A stretch of 64,000 bases of DNA from an uncultured Candidatus Rokubacteria bacterium (GCA_963758635.1 CAVWWD010000007.1:224001-288000), one strand, 5' to 3'; positions 19,768-30,028 are shown, counted from the first letter of the stretch. Translations and numbers: made by a program. Notes: generated by a model not told the origin, from the letters alone.

Positions 19768-20271
19768 ATGAGCGATGCGGCCGAGCCGGGTCCCCGGGCA
19801 CGGGAGCCCGGCCACGCCGAGCGCGCCCGGACGGTGGTCGAGCACGAGAGCGCCGGCACCCTCGCGACGCTGTCACGCCGTCATCCCGGCCATCCGTTCG
19901 CCTCGCTCATGCCCTACGCCCTCGACGGCGCGGGCCGGCCGCTGATGCTGGTCAGCGCGCTCGCCGTGCACACGCAGAACCTCGAGGCCGACCCGCGCGC
20001 CAGCCTCCTCGTGACCGCGCGCCACGACGGCGGCGAGCCGCTCGCCGGAGCGCGCGTCACGTTGCTGGGGTCGGCGGTCCGTCTCGGGCCCGGCGAGGCG
20101 GCGGACGCCCGTCCGCGCTACCTCGCCCGCCATCCGGCCGCCGAGGGCTGGATCGACTTCGGGGACTTCGCGTTCTGGCGCCTCGACGTCGAGGAGCTGT
20201 ACTTCGTCGGAGGGTTCGGAGCGATGAGCTGGGTGACCGCCGCCGCGTACGTGGCGGCGCGCCCGGCCTGA
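19768..20271 (+). CDS. Pyridoxamine 5'-phosphate oxidase-like / HugZ-family protein
   Basis: GTLATL..GHPFASL..SALAVHTQNL..DPRASLLV..VGGFG. Confidence 0.85.
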   Translation: MSDAAEPGPRAREPGHAERARTVVEHESAGTLATLSRRHPGHPFASLMPYALDGAGRPLMLVSALAVHTQNLEADPRASLLVTARHDGGEPLAGARVTLLGSAVRLGPGEAADARPRYLARHPAAEGWIDFGDFAFWRLDVEELYFVGGFGAMSWVTAAAYVAARPA

Positions 20272-20310
20272 GCGGCCGCTCGCCCGCGGCCGCGCCGGGA
20301 GAGGAACGAC

Positions 20311-20466
20311 ATGACCGATCCAGCACCCCGAGCCGCCGACGCGGCCCACATGGCCGCGGGCATCGAGCGCGCCGCCGTCGACCTGGCGCTGGCCGAGGAG
20401 CCGTCGCGCTTCGCCGCCGCGCTCGAGGAGGCGGCGCCGGCGCCGCCGAGCTCCGACCGTGGCTGA
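20311..20466 (+). CDS. 51-aa small protein, probable amidase accessory subunit
   Basis: ATG with GAGAGG RBS; MTDPAPRAAD...LALAEEPSRFAAALEE...; its stop overlaps the amidase start; below the ORF-track cutoff. Confidence 0.55.
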   Translation: MTDPAPRAADAAHMAAGIERAAVDLALAEEPSRFAAALEEAAPAPPSSDRG

Positions 20467-21871
20467 CATGACCGCCTCCGCGCTCGCCGCCGACGTCCGC
20501 GCCGGGCGGCGCTCGCCCGTCGAGCTGGCGCGCGAGTGCCTGGATCGGATCGACAAGCTCGACGGCCGCCTCCGCGCCTTCATCACCGTGGACGCCGACG
20601 GGGCGATGCGGACGGCGCGCGCGCTCGAGGCCGACGCGCGGGCGGGACGATGGCGAGGGCCGCTCCACGGCGTCCCCGTCGCCTTCAAGGACCTGTGCCA
20701 CCTGCCGGGGCTGCCCACGTCCTGCGGCACCAAGACGTTGGAGTACTTCCGGGCCGAGCACGAGTGCGAGGCGGCGCGGCGGATGCTCGCGGCCGGCGCG
20801 GTCGGGCTGGGCAAGCTCAACATGTCGGAGCTCGCGATGGGGCCCTTCGGCGACAACGCGCACCACGGAGACGCGCAGAACCCGTGGCGGCCGGGCCACT
20901 GCACCGGCGGCTCCTCCAGCGGCTCCGGCGGCGCCGTCGCCGCGGGATTCGCCGCGGCCACCGTGGGCACGGACACCGGCGGCTCGATCCGGCTGCCCGC
21001 GGCGTGCTGCGGCGTGGTCGGGCTCAAGCCCACCTACGGTCGTGTCAGCCGCGCCGGGGCCATGCCGCTGTCGTGGTCGCTGGACCACATCGGGCCGCTG
21101 GCGTGGACGGTGCGCGACGCCGCGCTCCTCCTGGGCGTGATGGCCGGACACGATCCCCACGACGCCACGTCGAGCCGGCTGCCCGTCCCCGACTACGTGG
21201 CCGCGCTCGACTCGCCGATCCGCGGCCTTCGCGTGGGCGTGCCACGGACTCTCTTCTTCGAGGGCCTGCACCCCGAGGTCGATGCCGCGGTCCGCGGCGC
21301 CCTGCGGGCGATGGAAGGGCTGGGCGCTCACGTGGTGGACGTAGAGCTTCCCGACCTCACGGTGGCCGCGGACGTCGCCAACGTCATCGCGCGCGCGGAG
21401 GCGGTGGCGGTCCACGTGCGTCTGCTCACGGAGCGCCCGCACGAGCTCCAGCCCGCGGTGCGGGCCCGCCTCGAGGTCGGCCTGCGGATCCCCGCGCTCG
21501 ACTACCTGCAGGGCCTCCGGCTCCGCTCGCGTCTCGCGCGGCGCTTCATCGACGAGGTCTTCGGGTCGGTGGACGTGCTGGTCGTGCCCAGCATTCCCGA
21601 GCCGGCGCCGTCGCTCGACGACGTCAAGGCCGGCTCCACCGAGGACGTGGTCGCGCGCATGGGCCGCTTCTCACGCCTCACGCGCCCGTTCAACGCGCTC
21701 GGGCTGCCCGCGCTCGCCGTCCCCTGCGGCTTCTCGAGCGCCGGATTGCCGCTGAGCCTGCAGGTGGTGGGCCGCCCCTTCGACGAGGCGACGGTGCTGC
21801 GGGTCGGGCACGCCTACGAGCAGGGCACCGAGTGGCACCGCCGCCGTCCGGCGCTCTGGGCCGCGGCGTGA
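20459..21871 (+). CDS. Amidase-signature enzyme (GatA/AtzE-like)
   Basis: AFKD, GGSSSGSG, GTDTGGSIRLPA (Ser-Ser-Lys triad). Confidence 0.92.
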   Translation: MADMTASALAADVRAGRRSPVELARECLDRIDKLDGRLRAFITVDADGAMRTARALEADARAGRWRGPLHGVPVAFKDLCHLPGLPTSCGTKTLEYFRAEHECEAARRMLAAGAVGLGKLNMSELAMGPFGDNAHHGDAQNPWRPGHCTGGSSSGSGGAVAAGFAAATVGTDTGGSIRLPAACCGVVGLKPTYGRVSRAGAMPLSWSLDHIGPLAWTVRDAALLLGVMAGHDPHDATSSRLPVPDYVAALDSPIRGLRVGVPRTLFFEGLHPEVDAAVRGALRAMEGLGAHVVDVELPDLTVAADVANVIARAEAVAVHVRLLTERPHELQPAVRARLEVGLRIPALDYLQGLRLRSRLARRFIDEVFGSVDVLVVPSIPEPAPSLDDVKAGSTEDVVARMGRFSRLTRPFNALGLPALAVPCGFSSAGLPLSLQVVGRPFDEATVLRVGHAYEQGTEWHRRRPALWAAA

Positions 21872-21884
21872 GCCGCGCGGCGCG

Positions 21885-22569
21885 CTACCGGTCCAGGCAG
21901 TAGGCGAGGCGGTACAGCGCCAGCGTTCGCTCGGGCGCCGCGCCGTGCGCGGTGAGCGCCTCGGCCCCCAGGGGCTCCGTGAAGGCGTCGGCGGCCACGT
22001 CCGCCGTGACGGCCTCGACCATCAGCACCCACCGGGCCATCACGTCGGTGCGGTCCTGCAGCTTGCCCTCCGCGGTCCGGGACTTTGCCCCCGTCGTGGC
22101 CGCGTCCGCCTCGCAGAGGTGCACGCCCACGACACCGGCGCGCTTCGTGGCGGCGGGCATGGCGGACCCGATGAGCCACGCGCGAAGGTCGGTCTCGCGC
22201 CCCGGGGCCGGGCCGAAGTCGAGCGTGGCGAGCGCCCCGCCGACGCCGGCCCCCAGCGTGAGGGTCGTGCGGCACGCCGTCCGCTTCGAGTTCCGGAACA
22301 GCGGCAGCGCGCGCTGCGTCCACGGCGTGGGGTTCTGCAGTCGCTCCAGATAGCGCGGCGCCGTCGAGGACCGCCAGGCTTTCCGTCTCGTAGAGCACGA
22401 AGTAGCGGGGGCCCTCGCCGGCCGCCTCGTATCGGCGCCCGCGCAGGAAACCCTCGATGCCGACGCGCTCGGGGATGTGCTCCAGGTTGTGCCACTGGAC
22501 GAACTCCGGCTCGCCGCCGGGAGCCAGGTCATGCCAGAAGGCGAGGACGGCGCCGCCACGGAGTGTCAT
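21885..22569 (-). CDS. DUF4286/EthD-like two-domain protein; frameshift ~22360
   Basis: EFVQWHNLEHIPERVGIEGFLRGRRY...YFVLYET continues in another frame as YLERLQNPTPWT. Confidence 0.7.
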
Positions 22570-22823
22570 GGCGCGACGCTAGCCGGCAGGGGCCGCCGCC
22601 GTCAAGTGCCCGGGTAGGTTACCCAAGGGGAGCCTCGGCAGCAGTCGGCTGGAGTGTCGGTTCACGTGGTGAATCGTCGCAGGCGCGCGCTCGCCGCCGA
22701 CCGCTTCCGACCCCTTCCCCCAACAGCAACGCGGACAATCCGCGGACAACGTCCGAGCCCGCGTGCCGGCCGCCGCGCCTCGCAGGGGCGCCCTTCCGTG
22801 TGCGCCGCCATCGCAGAGGATAG

Positions 22824-22849
22824 GTGTCCACGAAACCGGGGCAAGTCCA
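22824..22849. mobile_element. Orphan IS3-like terminal inverted repeat
   Basis: gtgtccacgaaaccggggcaagtcca resembles IS3-family ends (TG...CA); no transposase nearby. Confidence 0.5.
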
Positions 22850-22895
22850 AGCCACCCCTCGCGGTAAAGCGTGAGCGGTGCTAGGCTACCCTCAA

Positions 22896-23255
22896 ATGCA
22901 ACGCAAAGGATTGCTTCACTTCCTCGTCACGGAGCGCCGTGAGGGCTGGCTTGCGCGGTGCCTAGACCACGACTTCGTCACGCAAGCCGACACCCTCGAG
23001 GCCCTCTCTTGCGAGATTCAGCGCGCAATTGCTGTCCATGTCTTTGTTGCCATCCGGGAGGGGCGTGAGCCGTTTGCTGGCATGCCGGCAGCTAGCCAGA
23101 AGTACTGGGACATCTACGAGCGATCGGGCGTCGTCATAACGCCGAGGACGGGCAGACTGACGCTTCACGCCGATCCGCCGGTGGTGGAGGTGCTGGAGGA
23201 ACAGATCGACACGCCAGCCCCTGAGCTGAGGCTGGAACCAGCCGGAGTAGGTTAA
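22896..23255 (+). CDS. HicB-like (partial RNase H fold) hypothetical protein
   Basis: WLARCLDHDFVTQADTLEAL..IQRAI matches the HicB-like N-terminal pattern. Confidence 0.6.
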   Translation: MQRKGLLHFLVTERREGWLARCLDHDFVTQADTLEALSCEIQRAIAVHVFVAIREGREPFAGMPAASQKYWDIYERSGVVITPRTGRLTLHADPPVVEVLEEQIDTPAPELRLEPAGVG

Positions 23256-23268
23256 GAAAGCCTCGGTT

Positions 23269-23541
23269 CTGACGCAGCACGGTTTCACCGGGCCGCCCAC
23301 TCTCCAGCAGTTCCTCAACATCGCCGCGCAGCACGGAATCTCTCTTCGCCGCACCGCGCCGATGTCGGAAGGGCCGCATGGGCCTGTACGTTTCTACTAT
23401 CTTCAGCGCGGCGAGGCGATCGTTCCGATTCCAACGACAATCCCGCCAGAGCGCCTCCTGCTCTGGGAAACCGTGGAGGACTGGGCCGCCCGTCCGCGTG
23501 CGCCGCCAGCGCACCATTACCTGGTGCGCCAGAACGTATGA
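23269..23541 (+). CDS. HicA-like small protein (90 aa, possible CTG start)
   Basis: Open frame LTQHGFTGPPTLQQFLNIAAQHG...RFYYLQRGEAIVPIP...ETVEDWAAR; its stop overlaps the next ATG. Confidence 0.4.
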   Translation: MTQHGFTGPPTLQQFLNIAAQHGISLRRTAPMSEGPHGPVRFYYLQRGEAIVPIPTTIPPERLLLWETVEDWAARPRAPPAHHYLVRQNV

Positions 23542-23801
23542 GCCAGAGCCTCGACGACCGCAGCCGGCGACTGGAGTGGCTGGGCGGGGGGAACGCCAAC
23601 GCGGGCCGCTGGGCGGTCGAGCTCGAGCGCCGAAAGGATCGTGTGCGGGAGCGAGGGGTGCAGGTGTGTCAAGGCCGGCAGGCTCCATGGGCCCTACACA
23701 TACTTAAGGCTCGGCCGACGGCGCGGACCGCGGCCCCGGATCTATTGAGAGTTCGAGAAATAATGCATACGCTGCCCATGTGCACCACTACAGTGGGCTC
23801 C

Positions 23802-24819
23802 ATGAGACCATCAGGGACCGCCGAGCAGTTGGAAAAGCGTCGTCGCCGGGCGATCGCCCTCCTGCAGGCCGGGACACCGTATCGCGAGGTTGCGCGGCGG
23901 CTCGCGGCATCGTTGAGTTCGGTAGTCCGGTGGGAACAAGCGTATCGCCGGGACAAGCGGAAAGGGCTGCGCGCTCGTCCGATTCCAGGACGTCCATGTC
24001 GCTTGTCGGTTCGGCAGCAGGAGCAGCTGAAGGTGGTGCTGCTCCGGGGCGCCGGCGCGGCCGGGTACGCCACCGAGCTGTGGACGCTCCGGCGCATCAG
24101 TGAGGTCATCCGCAAGCGATTTGGCGTTCGCTACAGCCCGGTCGGCGTCTGGGCGCTGTTGCGGCACGGTCTGCAGTGGAGTTGGCAGAAGCCGGAACGG
24201 CGCGCCCTCCAGCGCGACGAGGCGGCCATCGCCCGGTGGAAGCGGAGCGAATGGCCGCGGTTAAAAAAACGCCGCGCGCCTGGGCGCCCATCTCGCATTC
24301 CTCGACGAAAGCGGCTTTCTCCTGATTCCCAACGTGCGCAAGACCTGGGCGCCCGTCGGACACACTCCGTACCTGCGGCATAGTTATCGGCGTGACAAGG
24401 TCTCCGTCATCTCGGCGCTCACCGTGGCCCCGCGTCGCCACCGGCTCGGGTTGTACTTCGATCTCCACGTGCGCAACATCACCGGTGCCGAGGTCATCAC
24501 GTTCCTCCGCCAGCTGCTCCGCCACTTGCGGGGACCACTCGTCCTGCTGTGGGATGGCGGGCAGATTCATCGGCGTCGGGACGTGCGGGCCTTTCTCCAA
24601 CGACATCCCCGCGTCAACGTGCACCGCTTTCCCGGGTACGCGCCAGAGCTCAACCCTGATGAGTTCGTCTGGACGCAGGCCAAGCGCGAGCTGTCCAATA
24701 TCGATCACGATGGGCTCGTCACGCTCACGCTGCACGTCGTGCGATCCCTTCAGCGTATCGGCCGATCCCAAGCTCTGCTCCGCTCGTGCCTCGACGCGTC
24801 CGATCTCCCGTGGCCGTAG
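23802..24819 (+). CDS. IS630-family transposase in two ORFs with a programmed frameshift
   Basis: HTH OrfA (WTLRRI..WSWQKPERRA); A7 run at 24263-24269; DDE OrfB (LDESGF, LWDG, YAPELNPDE). Confidence 0.9.
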
Positions 24820-25044
24820 CCCGTCAGCCTGGTGTCATTCTCAGACGACTGGACCGATATCGGCGGGATTGGGACGTGATATGCTGCGGCGCCTCGCTGT
24901 AGCACGGTGTGCGCGCCGGACCTTGCTCGGTAACCAGCCGAAAACTCAACCAACCCTCACGGGACCCCAAGCGGAGGCGATCTTTGATATACAGCTCAGC
25001 GTTATCGGATAACCCAGTGCTCGCGGTGGAGGGGGAGATGATAC

Positions 25045-25200
25045 CCCGCTGCGGCGCGCGGCGGATGGCGGAGACCTCGCCGCTATTGGTTGACGAAGTC
25101 GCTGCCGCGTAGGCCGCTGCGGCGGGTGCTGTCGCTGCCGTTCGCGCCGCGGTTTCTGCTCGCGACAGAGCCTCAGGCGCTGACGCCGGTGCTCGCGATG
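25045..25200 (+). mobile_element. IS91-family transposase remnant
   Basis: CGARRMAET..LLVDEV / PRRPLRRVLSLPFAPRFLLA with frameshifts. Confidence 0.65.
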
Positions 25201-25303
25201 TTTATCGAACTCTCGGGCACATGGGGTGGCGGGCAACAGACCGGACCACGGATCTCGATCGCCCGCTGCTCCGGCGTCTCGGCTCCTGGCGCGCTCACAT
25301 CAT

Positions 25304-26155
25304 TCATCCCAGGGCCTGCGCGGCGATGGCGCTGACGGAGATGCCGGGATCGGGGTTGGGGCTTCGGCCACGGACCATTGTTTTGACGGAGTCCACCCGA
25401 GGTAGGCCGATTTCCTCCAGCCATTCCGACAGACCGCTGTCCCCGGTCACATCGAGGCGACATAAGGTGCCGGCATGGGTATGCAGCCCGTTGAGGATGA
25501 GGGCCTTGGCCCCGCCCGGGTCAGGCGCCACCACCGGGCCGACCAGCCAGCCTCGTCCGAAACGGCGAACCTGCGCGAATCCGACCGTCTGATGGTCACG
25601 GGTCAGGACCACGGTGTGGGCGTTGGCCGCCAGCCTCTCGAACAAGGCGGTGCGGTCCATGCCGCTCGCGCGGCTGTAGAGGTCGCCCAGGCCGTTATCC
25701 GACTGGCCCATCGTTCTCACCCGACCGCCCGGGATCCCCTCGGCCACGGCAACGCCGGGGGCGATGGCCTGGTGCTGATGAATGACGCCGGTCTCGACGA
25801 AGCCCAGCTTCTCGTACAGCGGCAAGCCCGCGGCGGTTGCGTTGAGCACTACGGTTCGTCCGGCGAGGCGATCGAGCATGGCCTCCATCAGCTTGCGGCC
25901 GAGGCCTTGGCCTTGCACGTCGCTGGCCACGATGACCATGCCAACGGTCGCAAAGTCTTCGCCGTAACGCCAGGCCATGACGGTGCCGAGGACGCGCCCC
26001 GCTTGTTCCGCCACGATGCCTTCGCCGGCCTCGAGGAAGAGTGCCCAGTCCTCCTCGCGATGCGGCCAGGCCTGCTCGCGCGAGAGCGCGGTCGCGGTGC
26101 CGATGTCCGGGCTGGTCATTGGACGCAGCGTCAGCGAGCCTGCTCGCGTAGCCAT
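25304..26155 (-). CDS. GNAT N-acetyltransferase with a YitH-like C-terminal domain
   Basis: VGMVIV..QGQGLGRKLM..LNATAAGLPLYEKLGF; RRFGRG..VGPVVA; AGGAGG RBS. Confidence 0.9.
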   Translation of the reverse strand: MATRAGSLTLRPMTSPDIGTATALSREQAWPHREEDWALFLEAGEGIVAEQAGRVLGTVMAWRYGEDFATVGMVIVASDVQGQGLGRKLMEAMLDRLAGRTVVLNATAAGLPLYEKLGFVETGVIHQHQAIAPGVAVAEGIPGGRVRTMGQSDNGLGDLYSRASGMDRTALFERLAANAHTVVLTRDHQTVGFAQVRRFGRGWLVGPVVAPDPGGAKALILNGLHTHAGTLCRLDVTGDSGLSEWLEEIGLPRVDSVKTMVRGRSPNPDPGISVSAIAAQALG

Positions 26156-26426
26156 GAGATCCCTCCTGATTCGTGCAGGGCCCGACGCCCGTGAATTCCC
26201 CCCTCGTCCCGCGGTGCGCCACATACGGAGTCGCTAGCTCAAAGATGCCAGTACCGCCGGCGACCAGCCACGGCGCGGCGCCTCCTCCGAGGCCGACCGG
26301 GTGACGCCACCCCGTGGGGCAAGCGAGGTCCGCTGATGGTTGAGCCCTCGCGCCGCGTGAAGGGAGGCGATGGCGACCAGTCCGTTGATCGCGGGCCGGG
26401 CGCTGCTTACAATTCCCACGCGCACG

Positions 26427-27620
26427 ATGGATACGATCTACGACGTGGTCGTAGTGGGCAACGGCATGTTCGGGGCGGCGGCCACGCGCCACCTGAGTGC
26501 CCGCGGCTCGCGGGTCGTCGCCGTGGGTCCTGACGAGCCGGCCGACTGGAAGACCCACGATGGCGTGTTTTCCAGCCACTACGACCAGGGCCGCATCACC
26601 CGGGTCATCGACGCCGATCCCATCTGGGCTCAGCTGGCGCAGCGTTCGATCGCGGTCTACCCGGAGCTCGAGGCGCAGAGCGGCATCACGTTTCACCATC
26701 GCTCCGGAGGAGTCTGGATCTACCCGCAGATTCCGGCGGCGCTGGCTCGCCTCCAGCAGGCCGATGCAGTCGGACGGACCTTCGGTGCCGAGTTCGAGCG
26801 GCTCACGGACAAGGAGGCGATGGCCCGGTTTCCCTTCCTTCAGGTGCCCTCGAACGCCATCACGTTGTGGGAACGCGGCCCGGCCGGGCACATCGATCCA
26901 CGCTCGATGGTGCGAGCCCAGCTTGCCGTCGCCTGCAAGCAAGGGGCGACTGTCCTGCGCCAGACGGTGACGAGCTACACGCGACGGAACGACGTTTTCG
27001 AGGTGACCACCGACGGGGGAACTCGCGTACGGGCCGCGAAGCTCCTGATCGCGGCCGGCGCCTACACCAACCACTTGCTGGCTCGCCCCCTGGCCATGCA
27101 GTTCAAGGCCCGGACGGTCTTGTTGGCGGAGATCGACGAGACGGAGGCCCGACGCCTGCAGGCCCTCACGTCCACGATCCTGTGGCTGGCCGACGACCCC
27201 GTACTGGACTCCGTCTACTCGACGCCCGCCGTGCGCTATCCGGACGGAAAGCTGTGCATCAAGATCGGCGGCTCCCGGCACACCCCATACCTCCTGGAAA
27301 CTCCCCAACAGTTCCGCCAGTGGTTCCAGGGGTCCGGCGACGCCGAGGAGCTCGCCGCTCTGCGCAGCGTGCTGCTGGCGTTGCTGCCCGGCCTGAGGGT
27401 CATCTCCTACGGCGCCAAGACCTGCGTGGTCGCCTACACGGCTCACAACCGTCCTTACATCGATCGCTTGGACGTCGACCAGGGGTTCGTGGTGGCCGGC
27501 GGCTGCGGGGCCGGGGCCAAGTCGTGTGACGAGATCGGCCGCGTCGCCGCGGGCCTGGTGGAGGCCGGCGCCTGGAGCTATGACCTGCCGGCCGAGACGT
27601 TCGCCGCGCGATGGCAATGA
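26427..27620 (+). CDS. FAD-dependent oxidoreductase, sarcosine oxidase/DAO-like
   Basis: VVVVGNGMFG Rossmann motif, SSHYDQGRITR, GGCGAGAKS. Confidence 0.88.
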   Translation: MDTIYDVVVVGNGMFGAAATRHLSARGSRVVAVGPDEPADWKTHDGVFSSHYDQGRITRVIDADPIWAQLAQRSIAVYPELEAQSGITFHHRSGGVWIYPQIPAALARLQQADAVGRTFGAEFERLTDKEAMARFPFLQVPSNAITLWERGPAGHIDPRSMVRAQLAVACKQGATVLRQTVTSYTRRNDVFEVTTDGGTRVRAAKLLIAAGAYTNHLLARPLAMQFKARTVLLAEIDETEARRLQALTSTILWLADDPVLDSVYSTPAVRYPDGKLCIKIGGSRHTPYLLETPQQFRQWFQGSGDAEELAALRSVLLALLPGLRVISYGAKTCVVAYTAHNRPYIDRLDVDQGFVVAGGCGAGAKSCDEIGRVAAGLVEAGAWSYDLPAETFAARWQ

Positions 27621-28285
27621 CGTTTCGTCCCAGATACATCACCTTCGACTGTTACGGAACGCTGATCGACTTTCAGATCCACAGCCTGACGAGAACGCTC
27701 CTGGCCGACCGTCTCGACCTCGCTCGGATGCCCCTGTTCCTCACCGACTTCAGCGCCTACCGCTTCGACGAGGCCCTGGGCTCCTGGAAACCCTACGCCG
27801 AGGTGATCAAGACGGCTTTGCGCCGATGCTGCCAGCGCTGGAGCGTGCCCTACCGCGACGCCGACGGCCAGCAGCTCTACGAAGCGGTGCCCACCTGGGG
27901 CCCGCACCCAGATGTCCCGGCCGCGCTGGCGACGCTGGCTCGGGAGCTTCCGCTCGTCATCCTGTCGAACGCCTCGGACAGCCAGATTGGTCACAACGTG
28001 GCCCGGCTGGGCGCGCCCTTCCACGCTGTCTACACCGCCGAACAAGCCCAGGCGTACAAGCCGCGGCTCCGGGCCTTCGAGTACATGATCGATGGCCTGC
28101 GCTGCGACCCCGGGGACCTGCTCCATGTGTCCTCCAGCCTTCGGTACGATCTAATGTCGGCTCACGACGTGGGTATCCGGCATTGCGCCTACATCGAACG
28201 CGGCCACGGCCCCTCGACCAGCTACTACGGACATCCCACCCTGAAGGACCTGAGTGAGCTGCCCGCTCTGGTCGGACTGAAATAG
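27617..28285 (+). CDS. Haloacid dehalogenase type II (HAD superfamily)
   Basis: TFDCYGTL, LSNA, YKP, HVSSSLRYD; ATGA overlap with the upstream gene. Confidence 0.9.
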   Translation: MTFRPRYITFDCYGTLIDFQIHSLTRTLLADRLDLARMPLFLTDFSAYRFDEALGSWKPYAEVIKTALRRCCQRWSVPYRDADGQQLYEAVPTWGPHPDVPAALATLARELPLVILSNASDSQIGHNVARLGAPFHAVYTAEQAQAYKPRLRAFEYMIDGLRCDPGDLLHVSSSLRYDLMSAHDVGIRHCAYIERGHGPSTSYYGHPTLKDLSELPALVGLK

Positions 28286-28324
28286 GGACGGCCCCGCGGC
28301 GCCCGTCAGCGAGGCCGGCTGCGT

Positions 28325-28420
28325 AAGGTTCATCGACGAGTCCGGCGAGGACTACCTCGACCCGGGGGACCACTTCGTGTTCGTCGAACTGCCCCAGAGG
28401 CGGCTCGCGCCGGCCGCTGA
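28325..28420 (+). pseudogene. C-terminal fragment of a small conserved hypothetical protein
   Basis: FIDESGEDYL..DHFVFVELP, with no start or N-terminus. Confidence 0.4.
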
Positions 28421-28864
28421 GCGCTAGCATTGAGGCGATCAGGTCGGTGCTTCGTGGGTCGACACGCGCCTCTTTCCGGTGGCTGCGTGTATCCGCGGCG
28501 TGTATCCATTACTTAGCGAATTCCCAATAATGCCGCGGCACCACGTGCGAACGGTGCGGCGGTGGCTCCGCGAGTTCCGCCAGCGAGGTCGAACATGAAG
28601 CTGGCCATGCGCCTCGTCGCCGAAATCTGTACCTCGACGAGGTGACGCCCGATGAACGACCGCCTGGCATCCGCCCTGGTCCCAGAGGCCTTCAACTCCG
28701 CCGATTGTTGCGCATGCTGCGTACCGACCGCCGCCCCGCTGACCTGGAAGCTGCGCCCGCGCGCGCCCGACGAGCCGGAGCCGCCCAGCGACCGAAGGCG
28801 TCCGACAAGGACGAGGTGACGGAGTGATGAGCCTTCCGGGGCGGCCGTGCGGACCTACGGCGTC

Positions 28865-30013
28865 TCAGTAGCGGAAGAGCGCGGCGACCCCGCTGTCGCC
28901 GCACGGGACGTCTTCTCGCGCGACGGCGTGCACCGCGCCCGCACGCTGGATCGTGTAGATCACTGCCAGGTTCAGCAGATCCTCAACGCCGGGCCCCGGC
29001 GAATCCGCGCGCCCGAGCGAGCCCGTTTCCGGATCAAACGACCCCCACACCTCAACGTCGGTTGCCACGAACAGGTCCACAACCCGCCCCTGTGCCGCGG
29101 CCGTCAACACCGCAGGGAGATCGGTCGCAGTGAGGCGCGGTCCGGCTTCCTCGTACCGCGCTCGCGCGGCGTGGCGCGGAGTTTCCAGTCGGGGTCGCAC
29201 GATCTCCCACGCCCGCGCCGCGAGCACCTCGTTCGCCATCCCGTCCGGGCTGCCGAGCACGGCCTCCGGGACAGTCCCCGGATGTGTGCTGATCTCCCGG
29301 TAGATGGCGTGCAGGTACTCCACGGCCGTCACGACCAGCGGCACCCGCGGGTCGGGCAGGAGCCGTGAGAGCGCACGGTCCACGAGGTGGAAGCAGTGAC
29401 GGCTCAGCTCCTTCGTCCGATCCAAGCCCGGCAGGTGACCGTGCACCGCGGTACCGAGCTGGCCTCCGGCGCGGGTGACGACGTGTCTCTGGAGGTTCTG
29501 GCCGGGCGGCTCATAGGCCAGCGCCTCCCGCATCTTCGCGGGGAGGTCTCCGAGGTCGACTTCCCGCGCGGTGGCGGCCGTGGCCTCGATGAGCCGGACA
29601 TCGTGCTGGCTCAGCGCGAGCACGTAGAACGTCTCCTCGGCGAGGAGCGCGGGCAGGAGTGGCTTCAGCCAGAAACGCGGCCCCGTCACGACCGCCTCCC
29701 GCAGCGGCCATGCAAGCCCGTGCTCGCGGAAGAAGTTCGGGGCGATGAAGAACGCGAGCCCGCCGGCGTGCCGCCGCCAGAACGCCGCGTCGTCGACGCG
29801 GTCGAGCAAAGGGGCCAGGACGCGCTCGGCGAAGGCCTTTTCGAGCCCATGCTCCGCGAGCTGGCGCCGCGCCTCACGTGTGAGCGTCTTCAGCCGGATC
29901 GAGTCCTGCGACATCTTGACGTCGGTCGGTCGGCGCGGCATCAACACGGAGACGGCCGGGTGGAGGTCCAGCTCGATCAGGTCGCGGAGAGCCGAGCGGG
30001 TGAAAGCTGTCAC
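28865..30013 (-). CDS. Bacterial archaeo-eukaryotic release factor homolog (baeRF3/7-like; Balon-related)
   Basis: PAVSVLMP..IRLK..FW..GLAFF..LKPLL..FYVLALSQ..RL..AAAQGRV..L..AALFRY pattern. Confidence 0.8.
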   Translation of the reverse strand: MTAFTRSALRDLIELDLHPAVSVLMPRRPTDVKMSQDSIRLKTLTREARRQLAEHGLEKAFAERVLAPLLDRVDDAAFWRRHAGGLAFFIAPNFFREHGLAWPLREAVVTGPRFWLKPLLPALLAEETFYVLALSQHDVRLIEATAATAREVDLGDLPAKMREALAYEPPGQNLQRHVVTRAGGQLGTAVHGHLPGLDRTKELSRHCFHLVDRALSRLLPDPRVPLVVTAVEYLHAIYREISTHPGTVPEAVLGSPDGMANEVLAARAWEIVRPRLETPRHAARARYEEAGPRLTATDLPAVLTAAAQGRVVDLFVATDVEVWGSFDPETGSLGRADSPGPGVEDLLNLAVIYTIQRAGAVHAVAREDVPCGDSGVAALFRY

Positions 30014-30028
30014 GCCCGGGCTCCGCGG

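Larger units (their letters stand above)
23743..28529 (+). mobile_element. IS630-family element, apparently extended to include passenger genes
   Basis: 28-bp imperfect TIRs (22/28 match) at 23743-23770 and 28502-28529, both terminating in TA. Confidence 0.6.

Noticed and set aside
24825..25040. Possible additional IS ends or ncRNA after the IS630 transposase
   Set aside because: No partner repeat or convincing structure could be identified by eye
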